Part shown: one piece after another, positions 58,814 to 64,000 of the stretch
Layout of the letters: the number at the start of each line of letters is the position of its first letter
Numbering within the stretch: position 1 is the stretch's first letter
Notes under the pieces: model-generated
What the model saw: only the letters and a program-made list of their open reading frames with translations
Database searches by the model: none
Told to the model about the DNA's origin: nothing
Translations under genes and position numbers: made by a program
Assembly: GCA_965207455.1 (NCBI GenBank)
Contig: CBDBMJ010000003.1
Coordinates: 32,001-96,000, forward strand
Direction: 5' to 3'
DNA from: Bdellovibrionota bacterium
GTDB lineage: Bacteria > Bdellovibrionota > UBA1018 > CAIPTA01 > JAALKR01
DNA: 64,000 nt

Positions 58814-59818
58814 ATGCTGAAAAGAATAATAGTCAAGAATAAAGCCCTCACTACCATCATCTGCTTCTTGGTTTTTTTTCTAGCCCTGCTCTTGCGACAA
58901 TACATCATACAAAGCAATGACTCCGCTAGCATCTGGGGCCCCCCACCCACCTGCGACAAAAATGATATTACCCATTTCACCCTATCCCAAATAAATGGCG
59001 ACAAAAAAGACTCCAACACCTTTCGACGAACGAATCCCATCAAAAAAAATATTCCCGATTCGGCAAGGGATCTCTCGGCTGCTTGGGAATTTATAGAGCC
59101 GGATCTGGGTGAGGCCGACGCCCAAGTCCTACAGCGACTGGTTGGCTCCATTTGCTCCCTTCCCCTAGGACGTGCCATTCCCTCAAGGGACAAGAAAAAA
59201 CTGGGGCTAGACAATCCAAGGATCAAGGGCAGTCTCCAAAAACCCCAGCCGGACGACCTCCCCCAAGTCTGGCACTTTCAGGTGGGCGGGAAGTATACTA
59301 GCCGTACAGTCGCAATTTTTCTCAAGAAAAACGATGGGTCTTCCGCTGTCTATGAGGCTCCTTTGGGCCTAGAAAAGCTCCTCCAATCCAATACTCAGCG
59401 CTTTCTCAATCGTCGTGTTATGAGAATGCCTCTGGGAAATGTGAACTATGTAAACGTGCAATTTGCGAAACGAAAGGGCTTCACTTTGGAGCGAGGTAGC
59501 TTGGATTGGAAAATGTTAGTGGAAGGGGAGACTGTGGCAGCCCCTAGCGATGAGATCCGTCGTTTTGTTAACAGGCTGGGCACCCTAAGGGCACTAGATA
59601 TTCTAAAAAAATCTGTCACAGAAAAGAAATGTCGCAAACTTGCCGACGCTGCTATCGTGCAAATTGAAGGTATCGGTAACCATAAGGAAACTTTATATTT
59701 TAGCGAACCCCAGGATCTTGCGAATAAGAAAAGAAAACGAATGCTCACCTGTAATAGCCAAAGAAAATCCCTGCTTGGTGTGCATAAAGATATGTGGATG
59801 TATTTAAATACATTATAA
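58814..59818 (+). CDS. DUF4340-like membrane-anchored protein
   Basis: N-terminal TM, two repeats with W...D...L..L and LGLDNP. Confidence 0.55.
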   Translation: MLKRIIVKNKALTTIICFLVFFLALLLRQYIIQSNDSASIWGPPPTCDKNDITHFTLSQINGDKKDSNTFRRTNPIKKNIPDSARDLSAAWEFIEPDLGEADAQVLQRLVGSICSLPLGRAIPSRDKKKLGLDNPRIKGSLQKPQPDDLPQVWHFQVGGKYTSRTVAIFLKKNDGSSAVYEAPLGLEKLLQSNTQRFLNRRVMRMPLGNVNYVNVQFAKRKGFTLERGSLDWKMLVEGETVAAPSDEIRRFVNRLGTLRALDILKKSVTEKKCRKLADAAIVQIEGIGNHKETLYFSEPQDLANKKRKRMLTCNSQRKSLLGVHKDMWMYLNTL

Positions 59819-59870
59819 ACATAAAATCCCTCTTGACACGATCGACCATATGCCCTATAAGGAGAGAGAA

Positions 59871-60386
59871 ATGAAAAATATAAAAGTGCCTATTGCAATA
59901 ATTCTACTCCATTCCACCCTTGCCTTCCATTCTGCCTTCGCCTTCACTACAGAAGAACAATGTCCCGACTCTACGTTTAAATTTGCAAAATATGAGTGCA
60001 CCTCAACGACTGGTGAAAAGCATACATACGAAATAAAAAGCCAAGGTTGTGCCACCAAGGAGCTCGATGGAAAGGAGCAATCATACAACTCATTGAAAAT
60101 AACCCAGCAGTCTGATAAAGGTGATGATTCTAAGGAGGAGTTCACTACGTGCATACGTGGGCCCCAATCAGGCAAACATTACTTTCTATGCCATCAACCG
60201 AGCAAGGCTCAGGACATTTGTACAGAAAAAGAGTATTTAGTTTTTAATTTTGGGGAAATGGAAGATAAGTTTGGAGGAGAGAAAAGCTTACTGTTTGCTG
60301 CAAAATATATATGTGGCAAGCTTGAAGAGTACTCCTATTATATCGAGTACAATAAGTGCTCGCAAATCTTCCTAGACACCCCTTAA
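59871..60386 (+). CDS. hypothetical Cys-rich secreted protein
   Basis: AGGAG RBS, signal peptide ending AFA, 8 Cys. Confidence 0.75.
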   Translation: MKNIKVPIAIILLHSTLAFHSAFAFTTEEQCPDSTFKFAKYECTSTTGEKHTYEIKSQGCATKELDGKEQSYNSLKITQQSDKGDDSKEEFTTCIRGPQSGKHYFLCHQPSKAQDICTEKEYLVFNFGEMEDKFGGEKSLLFAAKYICGKLEEYSYYIEYNKCSQIFLDTP

Positions 60387-61871
60387 GCATAGAGTATCTA
60401 TGGCTTGTATGTAAAAACGTGTGGCTATATCCAATTGAGAGAGTTCATTATATTCATCGGGGGCGTACGCATTGGGAGCTTCTTTGCCAGGACCAAAGAC
60501 CACGGTGGAGACTCCTTGGTCGGAAAAAATAGATCCTTCGGTGCAGGCCGAACCAGAGGTGATTTTCCCATTCACTCCAACCCTGTGGAGCGCTCCCATC
60601 AATACTCGCACAAAAGTACTTTCCCTATCCGTGTGCATAGCAGGGCTGGAGCTAACCCTCTTAAAGTTGAAACTTATTTTTGGCTCGCCCTGGGCTATCC
60701 TATCCACGGCTTGCTGTAGGGTTTTTTCCAAATCCTCCCTTACTCCTTTGGAGGACATTTCAGGTAATAAAGATATATAAAAATATACAATGATGGTGTC
60801 TGCTTTATGCTCGATGGAATTCATGGATAGAGTGGAAAATGGAGGAGAAAACTCACTTGCGGTTTGCGTTTTTAATTCTTCTCCAACCGTTTCCATCATA
60901 TCTTCCAATTGAAAAAGAATGTCTAAGAGTTTGTCGGGAAAGAGTCGAACAACAGCATCGCTCCCGGAGCGATTAAAGTTGAGCTCAAAAAAATCACTGG
61001 GATTCCCCTGTAAATGTTTTTTAAATTGACGACGGAACATGTCCAACTCCCCATCAGGGAGCATGATAACCGCTGTGGCACTGTCGGCTACTTTATGCAA
61101 CTCTCCCCCACCACTCAAGGATTGCATGCGTATGGGAATATGACTTGCTTTCAATGCACGCAACAGTCGCAGGAGTTTTTCAATGGCACTATCCCCTGTT
61201 TCCGGCATGGCAGCGTACGCACCCGTACCCAAAGCTTTTATTTCCACACGAACATTAAATTCTCTAGCGTCCTTTTGTATCGTCGCAAAAGATAACTGTA
61301 TGGCTGTGCTCATCTGAGATTTATGATGATTCATAATCTGTAGGGACGTGGGGTGACCAATAAGGGCGTACTTGGGATTGAGTGCTTTCGAGTCCATCAA
61401 GTACTTGCTCCCAAAAAAAGAAGACTCTGCCCCACAGGTGGCTGCCAAGTATATGGGCTGAGCTAATTTCTTATCCACAAATTGCTTGCAGGCCTCTAAC
61501 TTACATAAAAAATCTAACTTGGCATTCGCAGCACCCAGTCCGATGATCTTGTCCTTGTCTACCTGAGGACTCCATGGCTCGCTGTTCAAGCGCTTCCAGT
61601 GGGAAAGGTTCCCTGGGTAGGCTGTGTCCAAGTGGGATAGGAGAAGAAGACCTTTAGAGGTTTTGCTTTCCACTAAATCGTCGCCCAAAATTCCAATAAT
61701 ATTAAATTGCCTGCGATTATAGTTTTCGATGGAGTGCTCCACTTTTTGCACAATGATCTTGGCCTGTAGGGACTCAAAAATAGGAATTAAATAATCTACT
61801 ATTTTCTCATTCCCAATACTCGTAACGCTATTGATTCGCAGTAAGTTTAAGGCTTGATCGATAAAATCCAT
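60372..61871 (-). CDS. M20 (ArgE/DapE-like) family protein, degenerate metal site
   Basis: LSHLDT, dimerisation domain, VVFGPG...PDEY. Confidence 0.8.
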   Translation of the reverse strand: MDFIDQALNLLRINSVTSIGNEKIVDYLIPIFESLQAKIIVQKVEHSIENYNRRQFNIIGILGDDLVESKTSKGLLLLSHLDTAYPGNLSHWKRLNSEPWSPQVDKDKIIGLGAANAKLDFLCKLEACKQFVDKKLAQPIYLAATCGAESSFFGSKYLMDSKALNPKYALIGHPTSLQIMNHHKSQMSTAIQLSFATIQKDAREFNVRVEIKALGTGAYAAMPETGDSAIEKLLRLLRALKASHIPIRMQSLSGGGELHKVADSATAVIMLPDGELDMFRRQFKKHLQGNPSDFFELNFNRSGSDAVVRLFPDKLLDILFQLEDMMETVGEELKTQTASEFSPPFSTLSMNSIEHKADTIIVYFYISLLPEMSSKGVREDLEKTLQQAVDRIAQGEPKISFNFKRVSSSPAMHTDRESTFVRVLMGALHRVGVNGKITSGSACTEGSIFSDQGVSTVVFGPGKEAPNAYAPDEYNELSQLDIATRFYIQAIDTLCLRGV

Positions 61872-61963
61872 TTCCCCCTATAGTAACCTTTTCTTTATAG
61901 GTGAGACAATTTTTCCTGAAAATTCATCTGGACCTAAGTTTATTCACACGTTAAAATCCCCCT

Positions 61964-62725
61964 ATGGGCAACTACTGTACCTTTTTTCTATATCTAATCG
62001 CTATTCCAGTGTACGCACAGGGCACGAACACTACCGTAGAGCTGCAAACTGCGGAGCACGCCTACCAAGAAAAAAACTATGAAAAGGCCCATACCCTATA
62101 CACAAAGCTCCTCAAAAAGTCTCCCAACTCAGCAAACCTTCTCTTTAACCTCGCCTCCGTAGAAATAAAAATAGGAATGTTGGGCAGGGCATACGCCCAT
62201 TTGCTACGCGCCCAAAGAAATAGCCCACTGGACTCGGACATTCGCTACAATACAAAACTACTGTACCAAGCATTGTCGGAGGAAAAAAACTTAGCCACGG
62301 TGCCTTCCCAAACCGTACTGGGCTCCACCTTTCTTGGCAGCATCCCACTAAGTCTTTGGCTATGCCTTATGCTTTTGTTCTCAGCCCTTGGTTTACTCCT
62401 GTTTAAACGGGGCGGCTTTCCCTTAACTGCCTCTTCTTTTTTTGCCCTATTGTTTGCTATCGTCAGTGCCTCAGTTTTTTATAACCATTACCACGAGGCT
62501 GTAGTGGTAGGGGAAGAGCCGGTGGTACGCAGTGGTCCAAACGATGGCTTTCCTGAAGTGCTGCTCCTAGCTCAAGGGAGCCTCGTGGCAGTGGAGGAAA
62601 AAAACAAACAGTGGGCTAAAATTCGCTTTCGCCTCGTCCATGGCTCCAGTGATGAGGACATTATTGGTTGGCTGAAGATAAAAACCCTAGATATCTTGGC
62701 TAACCCTAGGGTAGGCTTCCAATAA
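61964..62725 (+). CDS. TPR and SH3 domain protein (BatE-like)
   Basis: TPR N-terminus, two TM, VRSGP...W.KI...GWL. Confidence 0.75.
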   Translation: MGNYCTFFLYLIAIPVYAQGTNTTVELQTAEHAYQEKNYEKAHTLYTKLLKKSPNSANLLFNLASVEIKIGMLGRAYAHLLRAQRNSPLDSDIRYNTKLLYQALSEEKNLATVPSQTVLGSTFLGSIPLSLWLCLMLLFSALGLLLFKRGGFPLTASSFFALLFAIVSASVFYNHYHEAVVVGEEPVVRSGPNDGFPEVLLLAQGSLVAVEEKNKQWAKIRFRLVHGSSDEDIIGWLKIKTLDILANPRVGFQ

Positions 62726-62736
62726 GGTGACATCCC

Positions 62737-63489
62737 GTGTTTATTCGTAAATTTCCATCCTTTCTCCTTCTTTTCGCCCTAGCGCTTTCTGCCTGCTCCA
62801 CTACGCAAAGTAAAAAAAAATCAAGCAACGTCATTACGGCTAAATACCAAGAAGCCCTAGAATTCTTGGAAGATAAACGCTACCTGGAAGCCAATAAAAG
62901 ATTCCAGAGCTTAAAAATCCGTAACCCCTACAGTAGGTACGCTTCCCTATCCTCCCTTCGCATTGGAGATACCTATTTTCAGCAGGGCCTATACCTAGAG
63001 GCTGCCAGTGCATATAAACTGTTCCTAGACCTCTACCCTAAACATAAAGAAGCAAGCTATGCCCTTTTTCGTATTGGAGAAAGCAATATGAAAACCGTTC
63101 CCGATTCCATTTACTTGGATCTGACGGGAGCCACTATTGCGATAAAGAGTTTCCGTCGATTTTTACAAAGGTTTCCCAAGAGTCAGTACCGGAAAAAAGC
63201 GAAAAAATTCATTGCAAGTTTGCGAAAGAAGCTAGGGGAAAAGGAAAACTATGTGGGGAACTTTTACTTTAAACGGGAATTGTGGAAGTCCGCAATTGAA
63301 CGCTATCGTCGAATTTTGAAAGAATACTCGGACCTCAAAATATTCAATGAAAAAGCACTCTATCGCCTAGCCTATTCCTACCGACAAATAAAAGAGCGGC
63401 GAAAGTCCAGAGGCATAGTGGCACGCTTAAAAAAGAGATACCCCAAGGGAGCATTTACAAAAAAAGTACAGTCATGGAAACGACAATAA
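62737..63489 (+). CDS. bamD: outer membrane protein assembly factor BamD
   Basis: LSAC lipobox, PYSRYA, YPKH, FPKSQY, FYFKR. Confidence 0.9.
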   Translation: MFIRKFPSFLLLFALALSACSTTQSKKKSSNVITAKYQEALEFLEDKRYLEANKRFQSLKIRNPYSRYASLSSLRIGDTYFQQGLYLEAASAYKLFLDLYPKHKEASYALFRIGESNMKTVPDSIYLDLTGATIAIKSFRRFLQRFPKSQYRKKAKKFIASLRKKLGEKENYVGNFYFKRELWKSAIERYRRILKEYSDLKIFNEKALYRLAYSYRQIKERRKSRGIVARLKKRYPKGAFTKKVQSWKRQ

Positions 63490-63507
63490 AGGAAAGGCGA
63501 GATTATA

Positions 63508-64000
63508 ATGGATGTAAGCAAAATTCGAAACCTGATCAAAAGCAAAAAGTACCAGCTAGCCCAAGAAGCGCTCCTACGAATGAGTGTAGACGGAAAGTCC
63601 ACGGACGAATCTCAGTATTTAATGGGACTCGTCTGCCAACGACAAAATAATTTGGAGGGAGCAGTCTATGCCTACCAACAAGCCCTTGCCCGTAACCCCG
63701 TCCATACCAATGCCTCCATTGCCCTATCCGTGATTCATAATGATATTGGTCACTACAAAAGCGCAAAGAAAATATTTGAGCAGGCAGAAAAAAATGAAAC
63801 CAAGGGAGGCACACACACTCGAAACAACGCCGTAACCAAAGAACTCTTTCAAAAACACCTAGAAACGGGCAACCTATACCGGAAAATACAACGCTACGAC
63901 GAAGCTACCCATGAGTATATAAAAGCTGGTCGACTAGACCCCAACAACCCTGAAGCTAATATTTGCTTAGCTAAGCTGCTTGCCCAACGGGGACAGGTAA
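63508..64000 (+). CDS. TPR protein, runs off window end
   Basis: Manual translation MDVSKIRNLIK...ALARNPVHTNASIALSVIHNDIGHY...; open to the end. Confidence 0.8.
   Translation, partial: MDVSKIRNLIKSKKYQLAQEALLRMSVDGKSTDESQYLMGLVCQRQNNLEGAVYAYQQALARNPVHTNASIALSVIHNDIGHYKSAKKIFEQAEKNETKGGTHTRNNAVTKELFQKHLETGNLYRKIQRYDEATHEYIKAGRLDPNNPEANICLAKLLAQRGQV

Overview
Bacterial chromosomal window; gene content is suggestive of a Bdellovibrionota/deltaproteobacteria-like organism (inference only). The backbone is housekeeping: glyQS (partial), five tRNAs, rph-nth-polX, pssA-truA, tig-orn, uvrA, hisS-aspS, a pantothenate/CoA cluster (ilvC-like, panB, coaX, coaBC, panC, panD), 2-oxoacid dehydrogenase E1, pst/pho, lspA, plsY, exbBD and bamD. 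The most unusual part is 2.6-8.6 kb, between tRNA-Thr and tRNA-Pro. There a ~1.38-kb constant module alternates with unrelated variable segments. The module carries a signal-peptide-coding start, a perfect sigma54 promoter with putative IHF/enhancer sites, a cryptic small ORF, a tRNA-Pro 3' fragment and a terminator. The result is three secreted proteins with shared N-termini and different mature domains. One copy is interrupted by an IS1202-family element with a 16-bp target duplication. The same sigma54 promoter recurs at 38.5 kb in front of two secreted paralogs with identical 3' ends. Short motifs shared downstream of tRNA-Pro, tRNA-fMet and tRNA-Thr suggest a family of integrase-less mini-islands. 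Two inserted toxin-antitoxin modules (AbiE with a broken toxin, HipBA-like) and several apparently catalytically degenerate enzymes are also present. All calls are from reading the sequence; no searches were run.
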